Positions 10,049 to 19,025 of a DNA stretch of 64,000 nucleotides are shown here, piece after piece. Each line of letters starts with the position of its first letter. The first letter of the stretch is position 1. Source of the stretch: a virus; IMG/VR virus record IMGVR_UViG_3300014502_000004, positions 1 to 64,000 of that record; one strand, 5' to 3'. Under the pieces are notes generated by a model. That model was not told the origin of the DNA and did not search any database. It was given only the letters and a program-made list of their open reading frames with translations. The translations under genes and the position numbers were made by a program.

Positions 10049-10380
10049 TGGATGAACCAAAGCTGACACTGACTCAGAAGGTTGGCAAACACATGCTTGA
10101 GATGAGGGCCAAGAGATTGGTGCGTCTTCTTGAGCTGAATGCACCAGATCAGATTCTGGCTAACGAAGCTGTGCTCATCCTCAGAGCAGCGTGTCAGATC
10201 AGTCCAGAGCTTACTGGAACGGTACTGGCTGAAGATCTGCGTGACCACTATCTGTTCGAGAAGAAGATCTGCTTTGGTTGTTTTGATGTTGAGGCAACTG
10301 AGGCTGGTGGGTTCTGTCCGAAGTGCTTGGCTGAGCTGAAGGCCGAAGACGCTGAATTAGAGGATGATGATGAAGATTAA
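10048..10380 (+). CDS. Hypothetical protein with C-terminal Zn finger
   Basis: CFGC...CPKC; TGATG coupling. Confidence 0.6.
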   Translation: MDEPKLTLTQKVGKHMLEMRAKRLVRLLELNAPDQILANEAVLILRAACQISPELTGTVLAEDLRDHYLFEKKICFGCFDVEATEAGGFCPKCLAELKAEDAELEDDDED

Positions 10381-10603
10381 GATCACGTTCAAGACTCCTG
10401 ATGCTGTGTACTGCGTTTTGGAAGATGAGCTGGCTACTAATTACGAGGATCGGGCTCCTTCCGAGGCGGATGAGGAAAAGGTGGATGGGATGAGGGCAGA
10501 GTATCTAGAAACTATCAACAAGTTCGTTAAGTACGGTGAGCAGGTCACCATCGAGTTCGACACGAAGAAAGACACAGCGACTGTGATGAAAGTGAAGCGA
10601 TGA
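10364..10603 (+). CDS. Small phage protein
   Basis: KITFKTPDA...KFVKYGEQVTIEFDT; GAGG RBS. Confidence 0.65.
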   Translation: MMMKIKITFKTPDAVYCVLEDELATNYEDRAPSEADEEKVDGMRAEYLETINKFVKYGEQVTIEFDTKKDTATVMKVKR

Positions 10604-10869
10604 GCAAAGGTGGTCTGACAACCAATCTCATTGGTCGAAAGGTGGTTCCTCTTCCTAGTCTTTTTCGACTCTGGCCTCGCAAAGAGAAGGGGCTCAACAA
10701 TGCGAAGAGGGATGACGAGCTGGAGCTGAGCGACTTGGAGTACACCGAGGCTGAGATCGTGGCGGCTTGGGTAGAGAAGGATGGTGGAAGCTCATCGGTG
10801 AAGATCGCATGTGTGTCTCCAACAGGTGATGCCAAGGAGTTCTACCTCACACTGGTGAAGGTAGTTTAA
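10600..10869 (+). CDS. Hypothetical protein
   Basis: ATGA overlap. Confidence 0.55.
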   Translation: MSKGGLTTNLIGRKVVPLPSLFRLWPRKEKGLNNAKRDDELELSDLEYTEAEIVAAWVEKDGGSSSVKIACVSPTGDAKEFYLTLVKVV

Positions 10870-10871
10870 CA

Positions 10872-10983
10872 GCTCATCTGGTGCCGGCGGCTGTGAAGCC
10901 CGAAAGGGTGGAGCCAACGGGGTGAGCCAGGTGAGTGGGGGCGCGGACCCGATACAGCCTACCGGCACCGCGTAGCCGGTAGG
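10872..10983 (+). ncRNA. Candidate structured RNA containing a k-turn
   Basis: GGC-UGU-GAA-GCCC-GAAA-GGGU-GGA-GCC plus several 8-10 bp stems in a GC-rich intergenic gap. Confidence 0.5.
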
Positions 10984-11201
10984 TGCTAGATGCTGAAAGA
11001 ATTAAAGTGACACGCTCTAATAAGATCAACGACGAGGAACGTCGTCAGTGGATTCAGGGTGATGAGGGTCTTTACAACATGCAGAGGTCAAGTGGTCTTT
11101 CGATGAAGACCTATATTCGTCAGAACCGAGCACGAATCGATGAGGTGATTCTCAACATTCGTGATGGCAAGAAGCAGCCGCACTATTTGGTGTACGGATG
11201 A
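10983..11201 (+). CDS. Hypothetical protein (start uncertain)
   Basis: NDEERRQWIQGDEGLYN pattern; ATGA overlap at 3' end. Confidence 0.55.
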   Translation: MLDAERIKVTRSNKINDEERRQWIQGDEGLYNMQRSSGLSMKTYIRQNRARIDEVILNIRDGKKQPHYLVYG

Positions 11202-11404
11202 CTCTCACTGAGCTGGATGTACTGATCACGAAGCATTGTTCTAGAGTGACGGTACGCTCTGCTCTAAGTGATAGTCAGTGGACTGTTGAGGCCCATATCT
11301 TCGACAAAGGTGATGTGAGCTTTGTTGGTCCTTCTGTGTACAGTGTTCTGAGCGAGCTGTGTGCTAATCTCAGAAGGATAGGCAAAGAACCCAAGGGACT
11401 GTAA
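11198..11404 (+). CDS. Hypothetical protein
   Basis: ORF tiling. Confidence 0.5.
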   Translation: MTLTELDVLITKHCSRVTVRSALSDSQWTVEAHIFDKGDVSFVGPSVYSVLSELCANLRRIGKEPKGL

Positions 11405-11634
11405 TGAAAAAGGCAGATTGTGGTCAGTTCATTGGCAAAGACAATCCGTGCTCACTGACCAGGAAGCCGTGTTGCAGAACATTCAAATGCACAGCACCAC
11501 ACCACGTTGGATCAAGAAGTGTTCCATGGTGCTGTGGGGCTGACAACGAGCCAGTGGCTAGAAACTGGTGTGATGAGTGCTGGGCAACCTCGACATTGCC
11601 TGAGTCACCAGAGTTACCACCAGAGGGACTGTGA
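11404..11634 (+). CDS. Cys-rich small protein
   Basis: 9 Cys; TAATG coupling. Confidence 0.5.
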   Translation: MKKADCGQFIGKDNPCSLTRKPCCRTFKCTAPHHVGSRSVPWCCGADNEPVARNWCDECWATSTLPESPELPPEGL

Positions 11635-11822
11635 TGGAAGACCGATGGTATAAACTGTGGGACATGGCTACAAGTGAGCCGGATGGTGATGCAGTGATTG
11701 TCCCCAGAGAGGATGTTCCGGATGAGGTGACATTGCGCTGGCCTGATGGAAGTGAAAGCCATCTCTACTGGAAATATAACGAAGCGGAGTGGAGAGATGA
11801 ATCAGAAGGAGTGGATCCATAG
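11631..11822 (+). CDS. Hypothetical protein
   Basis: ORF tiling. Confidence 0.5.
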   Translation: MMEDRWYKLWDMATSEPDGDAVIVPREDVPDEVTLRWPDGSESHLYWKYNEAEWRDESEGVDP

Positions 11823-12583
11823 TGATCCTCTCAATTGATTGGGATTACTTTTGCAATGAGAATCCTCTGTGGGACTTAGGGCACAGAGAGAATCAGATGT
11901 TCCTCAACTTCATGTGGCAAACCAGAGGGTGCTTAGCTGGGGAGATGAAAACCTCTGGACAGGAGGTAGGCTTCTGGAGCAGGATTAGAGAGATCGTCGA
12001 TCCGCAGTCATATGAGATTCATGTTTCCGAGTCACATCTGAGTGCGTATCGCCTGGTGGAACGAGAAGAAGGTCCCCTGATCCTGGTGGATGCTCATCAC
12101 GATTGCTGGCCGTTTGCCCTTCGCGGTAAGGACAAATGGCTCATGGAATGTTCCAACTGGGTGTCTGCCTGGATCAGAATTGGCAAGACATACGGTGTGG
12201 AGCGGCAGGTATTCTGGGTCGCACCCTCCAAGGAAGCGGCCAGCTTGTACGAAGGGAAGATCCAGAAGGAGGTGCGAAAGAATGTCTTGACCACAACCAT
12301 GGATGAGCTGGCCCGCACGCTTAGCTTCTTTGTGAAACAGAAGGTCAACATCATCCATGCCTGTCGGTCTGGATGCTGGACACCACCCTGGCTGGATAAG
12401 TCTTGGCTGGCGTTTTTAAAGGCATCTCAGCTGGAGATCAAAGCGATGGACCCTGAGCCCTGGGATGGGATCAGGGAGCGGTGGACAGAAAGTGATCTAC
12501 AGAACGCAATTGCTCTTGACACACAGCTCAGAAGGAAGCTACAAGTGATCCCGGAGATCACTATTCAGGAGGATGAGAAATGA
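11822..12583 (+). CDS. UPF0489/arginase-deacetylase-fold metallohydrolase-like protein
   Basis: LSIDWDYF, ESH, VDAHHD, CRSGCWTPP motifs. Confidence 0.6.
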   Translation: MILSIDWDYFCNENPLWDLGHRENQMFLNFMWQTRGCLAGEMKTSGQEVGFWSRIREIVDPQSYEIHVSESHLSAYRLVEREEGPLILVDAHHDCWPFALRGKDKWLMECSNWVSAWIRIGKTYGVERQVFWVAPSKEAASLYEGKIQKEVRKNVLTTTMDELARTLSFFVKQKVNIIHACRSGCWTPPWLDKSWLAFLKASQLEIKAMDPEPWDGIRERWTESDLQNAIALDTQLRRKLQVIPEITIQEDEK

Positions 12584-13155
12584 GTACCACGAAGGTCGAA
12601 GGGTTCAACAACAAGGAGCAGAAGCTGTTCAACGTCCTGAAGGATGGGGAGTCACATGACATTCGTGAGCTGAAGAAGCTGTTCACGGCGGATGCCAAGG
12701 TTCGCTGTGCGACGACCTACGAGAAGGGTTGGGGCGAGGCAGAGATCGACTCCCAGGCTCAGAGCTTCGTCCGGAATTCGGTGCGTCGTCTTTGTCGTGA
12801 TGGCTGGGTGGATGGTCCCCACAACAAGCCGAAGCTGGGGCGCGGTACCTACCGCCTCAGTGCCAAGGGCAAGGAGTGGGTGGAGAAGGGTGTGTCTGTC
12901 ACGAAGTCGGCTGGGAAGGACAAACCGAAGAAGGATAAGAAGGCGGCCAAGCCCAAGGTCAAGGCCAAGACTGCCACCAAGGCGAAGCCCAAGACAGTGG
13001 CCAAGAAGGTAGCTGCCAAGCCCAAGAACGGTGATGCCAAGGTCAGGGCTAAGGAGGCTGCTAAGCGAGCTGCCAAGAACGTTGTCAAGCAGAAGGCAGT
13101 TGCGGCTTCCGAGCGTGCGACCGAGACTATCAATACTGAGGCTTCCCCCGAGTAG
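12580..13155 (+). CDS. Winged-helix DNA-binding protein with histone H1-like K/A/P-rich tail
   Basis: EQKLFNVLKDG..DIRELKK..RNSVRRLCRDGWV..GRGTYRLSAKG followed by KKAAKPKVKAK-type tail. Confidence 0.75.
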   Translation: MSTTKVEGFNNKEQKLFNVLKDGESHDIRELKKLFTADAKVRCATTYEKGWGEAEIDSQAQSFVRNSVRRLCRDGWVDGPHNKPKLGRGTYRLSAKGKEWVEKGVSVTKSAGKDKPKKDKKAAKPKVKAKTATKAKPKTVAKKVAAKPKNGDAKVRAKEAAKRAAKNVVKQKAVAASERATETINTEASPE

Positions 13156-13161
13156 GCTCCG

Positions 13162-13800
13162 ATGGAATTCGAAGTCGTCTACTGGGATATCCCTGGTTTT
13201 GGGAGATGTACCAGGCGAGACAAGGAGCCTCTTGTGAGAGATGAAAATCCAGCTCCACTGAGAGTTGGTACTGTACTAAGAGAAGGTGGTGCTATCGGGG
13301 TCGTCATCGCAAGAAGGAAGACTCTTGATGGAACAGATATTCATGGACATTCTGTGGCAGTCGAGATTTTGTATTCGACTCTCATGGATAAGTACAGGAT
13401 GTCAAAAGATCTGAAGTACGCTGTCTGGTCTATGGGTCAGTGTGAAGTTCTGAAAGGTGAGACAGCTACTGCCGCAAGAACTGAACCAAAGATGTTCGTC
13501 ACAGCTTTGCTTGAAGCTGAAGCCAAAGCTGAGGCTGAAACTCTGGCAGAGTGGATAAAGAAGCATCCTGTTCCAGAACCTGTAATAGCTACTGTAATAG
13601 CTCCTGTGAGGCGACCTGTAGGTCGAACGGCTATCACTAGAACACCAGTGACAGCAAAGGTTCCAACTCCTGAAAGTCAGTTGTCAGTTCTAGAACCACC
13701 TGTTGTTCGCACGCCAGTTAAGCGAACGCCAGTGGTGAAAGAAGTTGATCCAATTGAGGCAATGAGACAGAAGTTGAGTATGATTTGGAAGACGAAGTAG
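13162..13800 (+). CDS. Hypothetical protein with RTP-repeat tail
   Basis: ORF ends before structured gap and terminator. Confidence 0.6.
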   Translation: MEFEVVYWDIPGFGRCTRRDKEPLVRDENPAPLRVGTVLREGGAIGVVIARRKTLDGTDIHGHSVAVEILYSTLMDKYRMSKDLKYAVWSMGQCEVLKGETATAARTEPKMFVTALLEAEAKAEAETLAEWIKKHPVPEPVIATVIAPVRRPVGRTAITRTPVTAKVPTPESQLSVLEPPVVRTPVKRTPVVKEVDPIEAMRQKLSMIWKTK

Positions 13801-13962
13801 ATTCATAAAGATGAGATCATCTGCACTACATAGTCGAGGAGGTGCGGTGTCCAAGACCACGCTGAATCGATTAGAGCAGATGGGGTAGAAGGAGCAGCCC
13901 TTTAGGCTAAGCACCTTTATGTGCAGCGTAACCCTCATGTCCCTCACGTAGGAGATCTCATT

Positions 13963-13997
13963 GGCCACCTGGGCTTCGGCTCATGGTGGCCTTTTTT
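13963..13997 (+). terminator. Rho-independent terminator
   Basis: GGCCACC-TGGGC-TTCG-GCTCA-TGGTGGCC-TTTTTT. Confidence 0.85.
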
Positions 13998-14037
13998 CAT
14001 GTCTGATCCGTCTTTGATACCCTTTGGGAGGCCCGCT

Positions 14038-14310
14038 ATGCCGCATAAGCTAGTAGATCTTGAATGTCAGTCCTGTGGTCACAAGTGGGAAGACCTTGTG
14101 ATGCCTGGGGAGTCTAGAGAGGACTTGCATGGATGTCCTGAATGTGGTTCAACCAAGGTCGTCCTGCTGCCTGGTGGAGTCGCTACAAAACTGCATGACC
14201 CTGCTGTGAGAGATGAAGCTCTCAAGAAGCGTAGCATTGATCACTCCAACAAGCATGCAAAGGAGAATCTAGAAAAGTTGCAGCACAAGGGTGTGCTCAG
14301 GATGAAGTAG
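14038..14310 (+). CDS. FmdB-family Zn-ribbon protein
   Basis: MP...DLECQSCGHKWE...CPECGS; GGGAGG RBS. Confidence 0.75.
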   Translation: MPHKLVDLECQSCGHKWEDLVMPGESREDLHGCPECGSTKVVLLPGGVATKLHDPAVRDEALKKRSIDHSNKHAKENLEKLQHKGVLRMK

Positions 14311-14350
14311 TTGCATTACCAAGACCTGCTTAGCAGGCACAAGGACAAGC

Positions 14351-16411
14351 ATGCAAAGACCATCAATGTGGCCAGCTCCACTGAAAGCAAGAGTCTGGGA
14401 TGGAGTAGCTGGGGGAAAGTATCGACTGATAAATACTCTGCCGCTCTGGCAAGAGTTCTTCCCGAGACTGAATGAAAAGATGCTGGTAGGTTGTGATACT
14501 GAATCTACCAGTCTGTCCTATCTTGAGGGTCACATCATTGGGTTGAGTTTTAGCTGGGGAGCAGCCGACTCTTACTACATACCTATTCGGCATGAGACCA
14601 CTGAGAAGCAGATTGACATAGAGAAGATCAGACCAGACCTGCAAGAGTTCTACTATCATCCCAAACGAGTGACCACCTGGCATAACTACAAGCATGATGG
14701 TCACTTTCTCAGAGAAGAGAAACTAGAGCCACGAGGGATCAAGCACGACACCCGCCTGATGCAATCCCTCATTGATGAAACCAGTCTCACAGCTCTCAAG
14801 AAGCTCGCCTGCAAAGAAATCCATCCTGATGCTGCCAAGTGGGAGAAAGCTGTTGACGAGTGGAGGACTCTTTACGCTCGCAAGAACAAGATGCACAAGA
14901 ACGATGTGCATTACGGTTTGATCCCGCTCGATATCATGACCCCATACGCCAGCAGCGATGCTCACTACGAGTGGACACTCTATAAGAAGAAGCTTCCTCT
15001 CATCGTTAATGATCCTTATCTATTGGAACTGTACCTTGTCGAGATCAGACTCATGGAAGTGCTTCTCGACATCGAGCATCGTGGGGTGTTCATCAACAAG
15101 AAGTATCTAGAATCTGCTGGCCCAGAGCTGGAGGCAGAAGCCAACAAGTTGAAGCAACAGATCATCAAGCAGCTGGGGAAGGTGAACGTGGGCAGCAATG
15201 CTCAGGTCATCCCAGCTATGGAGAGGATTGGAGTCGAGTTCAAGAAGAAGACCAAGAGCGGTGAGAAGTTCTCCCTGGACCACGAGGTGCTGGAAGCCCT
15301 TGCATCACGGTACCAGGTCTGTGAGGATTTGCTGGAGTATCGTAGTGCCACTAAGATCAAGACCACCTATGTTGATTCAATACTTGAGAAGCTGATACAA
15401 GACCAAGAGCTTCACTGTACTTACAACCAGAATGTCTCTACTGGTAGAATGAGTAGCAAGAAGCCCAACCTTACCAATATACCTGCTAAAGATAAAACCA
15501 TCCGTAGATCATTTGTTCCTCCAAAAGAAGTGGCTTGTACTTCATGTGGATATTTAGGTAAACTGTACATTGTCCCTTCTGTGTGTCCAAAGTGTGGTGG
15601 TCAGGTTGTCTCTAGTGATTCATACGTTATGACTTTCTTTGATTATTCTCAAATGGAGGTGAGGTGTACTGCACATTATTCAGAAGACCCTGTTCTCCTG
15701 GATGTGTACAATGTCACTGGTGAGGATGTTCACCTCAGAACAATGTGTGAGGTGTTTGGCTACGACTACAATGAGTCACTAAAGATACTGGCTGATGAGA
15801 AGCATCCTGAGTACGCTGAGCTTTCGTTTATGCGGAAGGTCGCCAAGATGACCAACTTCTTGATCATCTATGGTGGCTCAGGCAAAACTCTTGCTGTCAG
15901 AATCAGCACCCCTAAGAAGCAATATACAGAGAAGCAATGCAACAAGTTCATTGATCAATACTTCGCCAAACTGAAGGGTGTGAAGCGATGGATCAATGAA
16001 ACCAAGATGTCTTTGCGTCAGATGCATGAAGTGCAGAACTTCTTTGGTCGATACCGTAGGTTTCCTGAGCTGACACAGCTCATGAGAAGTATCACTAGTG
16101 GTTTTGGTGGAACCAAGTGGAAGATTGAGCGGTGCGAGCGGCAAGCGGTCAACTTTCTGATCCAAGGTACTTGTGCCGATCTGTTCAAAATCTCTATGGT
16201 TCGGGTTGGTGACATCATCGCAGGAAAGAGATCAGTCATGGTCATGCCCATCCATGATGAACTGATCTTCTACATACACAAAGATGAGTTTGATCTCTTG
16301 CCTACAATCAAGAGTGAGATGGAACGCTTCAACTTCAAGGTGCCAATGACGGTGGATATTTCTGTTAGTACCACCAATTGGGCAGATAAAAAGGCACTAC
16401 ACAACGTGTAA
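14351..16411 (+). CDS. polA: DNA polymerase family A with 3'-5' exonuclease
   Basis: ExoI DTES, HNYKHD; TGRMSS; motif A DYSQME, motif B RKVAKMTNFLIIYG (Phe at the 762-equivalent), IQGTCAD, motif C IHDE. Confidence 0.96.
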   Translation: MQRPSMWPAPLKARVWDGVAGGKYRLINTLPLWQEFFPRLNEKMLVGCDTESTSLSYLEGHIIGLSFSWGAADSYYIPIRHETTEKQIDIEKIRPDLQEFYYHPKRVTTWHNYKHDGHFLREEKLEPRGIKHDTRLMQSLIDETSLTALKKLACKEIHPDAAKWEKAVDEWRTLYARKNKMHKNDVHYGLIPLDIMTPYASSDAHYEWTLYKKKLPLIVNDPYLLELYLVEIRLMEVLLDIEHRGVFINKKYLESAGPELEAEANKLKQQIIKQLGKVNVGSNAQVIPAMERIGVEFKKKTKSGEKFSLDHEVLEALASRYQVCEDLLEYRSATKIKTTYVDSILEKLIQDQELHCTYNQNVSTGRMSSKKPNLTNIPAKDKTIRRSFVPPKEVACTSCGYLGKLYIVPSVCPKCGGQVVSSDSYVMTFFDYSQMEVRCTAHYSEDPVLLDVYNVTGEDVHLRTMCEVFGYDYNESLKILADEKHPEYAELSFMRKVAKMTNFLIIYGGSGKTLAVRISTPKKQYTEKQCNKFIDQYFAKLKGVKRWINETKMSLRQMHEVQNFFGRYRRFPELTQLMRSITSGFGGTKWKIERCERQAVNFLIQGTCADLFKISMVRVGDIIAGKRSVMVMPIHDELIFYIHKDEFDLLPTIKSEMERFNFKVPMTVDISVSTTNWADKKALHNV

Positions 16412-16437
16412 AACCGATAGCTCACTTGTACTATAGG
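16407..16437 (+). promoter_or_regulatory. Phage-specific promoter motif, copy 1
   Basis: TGTAAAA-N12-TTGTACTATAGG, same at 37110 and 44897. Confidence 0.75.
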
Positions 16438-16471
16438 GGCAACGGGTTAGAGCATACAGACGGGGAAACAT

Positions 16472-17119
16472 ATGACTCGAAATTTCAAGGGCTTAGACGT
16501 TTCAGTGACTTTCAACGGGATCACTTATCAGTCAAGCCTTGAAGAAGACATCACAATTAACCCAGTTGATCTTGATGTTGAATTTGTTGAACAATCTCGG
16601 AAGTATGCGTGGTGGGCCATTCTAACTGAGGTGGCCAAAGACCTGGTGGGTCAGAAGAAGTACCAGGTGGAGTTGCTCTATGCCAAGCTGGACCATGAGA
16701 AGCGCACAGCAGCTCTGGTCAACAAGGTCAAACTCACTGAAAAGATGGTGGAAAACGAGGTCATCACTGATCCTCGATATCAGAAAACCATGACAGAATA
16801 CCTCTCAATTAAGAAGGATCACGGTATGCTGCAGGCTGGAAGAGAGGCATTCACACAGCGAAAGGAGATGTTGATCTCATTGGGGGCTAACTACAGGGCC
16901 GAAGGAAATGCAGATCCTGTCATCCTCCAGGAGGTCGCCAAGCAGAAAGCCGTGGCCATGGCGCGAGCCAGAGCCCAACAGAAGGTTACAAGCTTCGTCA
17001 AAGAGGAAGATGACGTTAGAGCCCAGCAGAAGACTCTAGAACCAGTTCGGAGTTCGGCAGCACGGACTCCGGCAAAGACAGGCAAGCAGCCGGTCAAGGC
17101 TGCCCCCAAGGAGGCTTGA
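16472..17119 (+). CDS. UvsY-like recombination mediator (helical)
   Basis: EEDITIN..LDVEF.EQ...YAWW...LTEKMVENEV..DPRY...RKEMLISLGA; lies between polA and ssb. Confidence 0.55.
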   Translation: MTRNFKGLDVSVTFNGITYQSSLEEDITINPVDLDVEFVEQSRKYAWWAILTEVAKDLVGQKKYQVELLYAKLDHEKRTAALVNKVKLTEKMVENEVITDPRYQKTMTEYLSIKKDHGMLQAGREAFTQRKEMLISLGANYRAEGNADPVILQEVAKQKAVAMARARAQQKVTSFVKEEDDVRAQQKTLEPVRSSAARTPAKTGKQPVKAAPKEA

Positions 17120-17121
17120 AG

Positions 17122-18264
17122 ATGGCTTTGAAGGTTGACATGAAGAAGGCGAAGAAGAAGGCTGCTGAGGAGGCAACCAAGGCCGCCTCGCGTGGCAGCG
17201 GTCGGTTCAGCTACTGGAAGCCAGCACAGGGGAAGAGTCGCATCAGGATTCTGCCGCCATGGTCTGAGAAGGGACCCAACGCGCTCCAGTTCTGGCGCGA
17301 GGTGTTCGTTCACTGGGGTGTGGGACCGGATGAGGAAAACCAGGTTCACCTCCCTTGCCCTAGACTCTCACAGGATGGTCCCAAGGGGAAGTGTCCAGTC
17401 TGTGAGGAGGTCGAGCGGCTCAAGGCAACCAAGGACCCCTCCAATCTGGAGTTGTCCAAGAGCATCAGGGCGAAGCAGCGGGCCTACTCCAACATCATCG
17501 ATCTGGAAGACCCGATCTGGAAGCAGGAAGACATCGATGAGCAGGTTGCTGCTGGTGCTGATGCAACCACGCTTCCCAAGGTTGGGACCCCCAAGATTCA
17601 GGTCTTCTCCTACGGTCCCAAGATCATGAAGCAGCTCCTCGACTTCTACACAGAGGAGATCGATTTCACTGATCTAGAAGCTGGTCACGATGTGGTCATC
17701 ACTCGTGAGGGTCAGGGGCTTCAGACCGACTATCGAGTGATCCTCAACACCAAGCAGACCAAGGCTCCCATCAAGGGTGAGCCAACACTGCATGACCTGG
17801 ACAAGATTCTCCCCTTCCGCGAGCCCTACGAGATGAAGGCTCTCCTGGAAGGTCTGGACCCGAGTGAGGTCAAGGCTCTGGAGGAGGGCACCGAGGCAAG
17901 CACGGAAGAGCCCGCCGAAGAGGAGACTGCTGCTGAGGAGGAGGCTGAGGAGAGCGGTGGGAACGGGGAGAGCGAGGTTCCCGAGGAGGAGATCGAGGCA
18001 GCGGCTGAGGTTCAGTACCCACCGTGCTTTGGCACCGAGTGTGACCCCAAGGATTCGGTGTGCAACACGGACTGTCAGCTGTTCCCTGAGTGCAAGACCA
18101 AGTGTGGCATCGTGGATGAGCCGCCCAAGCCCAAGAGGCAAGCGGCAAAGTCTGCAGCTCCAGCTGGGAAGCCTGCGGCAAAGGCATCTCCCGCAGCAGG
18201 AAAGGCTGTTGCTGGAGCTGATGATCTGATCGCTCAAATGAAGGCAGCGGTCGAAGGAAAGTAG
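17122..18264 (+). CDS. gp32-like single-stranded DNA-binding protein
   Basis: YWKP..G..RIRILP, H..C...CPVCE Zn site, acidic region; extra C-terminal Cys cluster. Confidence 0.8.
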   Translation: MALKVDMKKAKKKAAEEATKAASRGSGRFSYWKPAQGKSRIRILPPWSEKGPNALQFWREVFVHWGVGPDEENQVHLPCPRLSQDGPKGKCPVCEEVERLKATKDPSNLELSKSIRAKQRAYSNIIDLEDPIWKQEDIDEQVAAGADATTLPKVGTPKIQVFSYGPKIMKQLLDFYTEEIDFTDLEAGHDVVITREGQGLQTDYRVILNTKQTKAPIKGEPTLHDLDKILPFREPYEMKALLEGLDPSEVKALEEGTEASTEEPAEEETAAEEEAEESGGNGESEVPEEEIEAAAEVQYPPCFGTECDPKDSVCNTDCQLFPECKTKCGIVDEPPKPKRQAAKSAAPAGKPAAKASPAAGKAVAGADDLIAQMKAAVEGK

Positions 18265-18278
18265 AGAGGAGAACGGAA

Positions 18279-18584
18279 ATGGGAGCAAAGGAAGAGAAAG
18301 AGAAGCAGGAGAAGGTCAACGCGCTCGTGGCTCGTTACCAGGAGAGGCTGGAGAAGCGAGTGGCTTCGGGCAAGGATCTGCCTGAGCCCGGCAATCGCCG
18401 TGGTCGACTTCCCACGGGTGTGGCAGAGAAGGACATGGAGCGGTACGTCGCTCTGCGTGAGCAGCTGGGGCAGCTGAAGGATCTGCGCCGGAATTCGGTC
18501 GACAAGCTTCGTGAGATCAAGAAGCAGATGGATGATCTTCGCGGTGGGTCCAAGCCCACCAAGAAGAAGGCAGCGAAGAAGTAA
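18279..18584 (+). CDS. Basic coiled-coil small protein
   Basis: GAGGAG RBS. Confidence 0.65.
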   Translation: MGAKEEKEKQEKVNALVARYQERLEKRVASGKDLPEPGNRRGRLPTGVAEKDMERYVALREQLGQLKDLRRNSVDKLREIKKQMDDLRGGSKPTKKKAAKK

Positions 18585-18725
18585 GATCAACGAAATCCGG
18601 TGGAACGCCGCTTCGGTTGGACAGTCGGAGGATTGTCCAAAAGGGTAACTCAGCTCAACTAGGCGTGACAGCTCGGAGAGACGGCATTAACCAACGCCCG
18701 TGCGGGGGAATGTCGGGCAAAGGAG

Positions 18726-18923
18726 ATGAGGATGAGTTCTACTCAGGAGAAGATGAACACTCTGGCCTGCTACGCAGAGATGCTTCGGCGAAATATCGAA
18801 ATCGCCAGGCATATCAACAACCACCCGGAAAAGTCTGCGCCGTTAGTAATCGACAGCGCCGAGAAGTTGGTGGAGGCCAACTCGCTAGGCAAAAAGATCA
18901 TCATCGCTGAGTTTAACGTCTGA
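18726..18923 (+). CDS. Hypothetical protein
   Basis: AGGAG RBS. Confidence 0.5.
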   Translation: MRMSSTQEKMNTLACYAEMLRRNIEIARHINNHPEKSAPLVIDSAEKLVEANSLGKKIIIAEFNV

Positions 18924-19025
18924 GTTAAGCATTTGACTCATTGTTTGCAAAGCAGAGTAGTCGCCACGCCGGTCAATGGCACCTGGAGTCTCCAGGGGAG
19001 CAAGTGAGCAAAAGAGTTGTAAGTA

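Noticed and set aside
10033-11636. Several small ORFs ending in PKGL/PEGL
   Set aside because: Explained by the next gene's RBS plus TGATG/TAATG coupling rather than a protein motif
12516-12545. TTGACA promoter before the H1-like gene
   Set aside because: The -10 (TACAAG) is poor and the site lies within a CDS; plausible but unsupported
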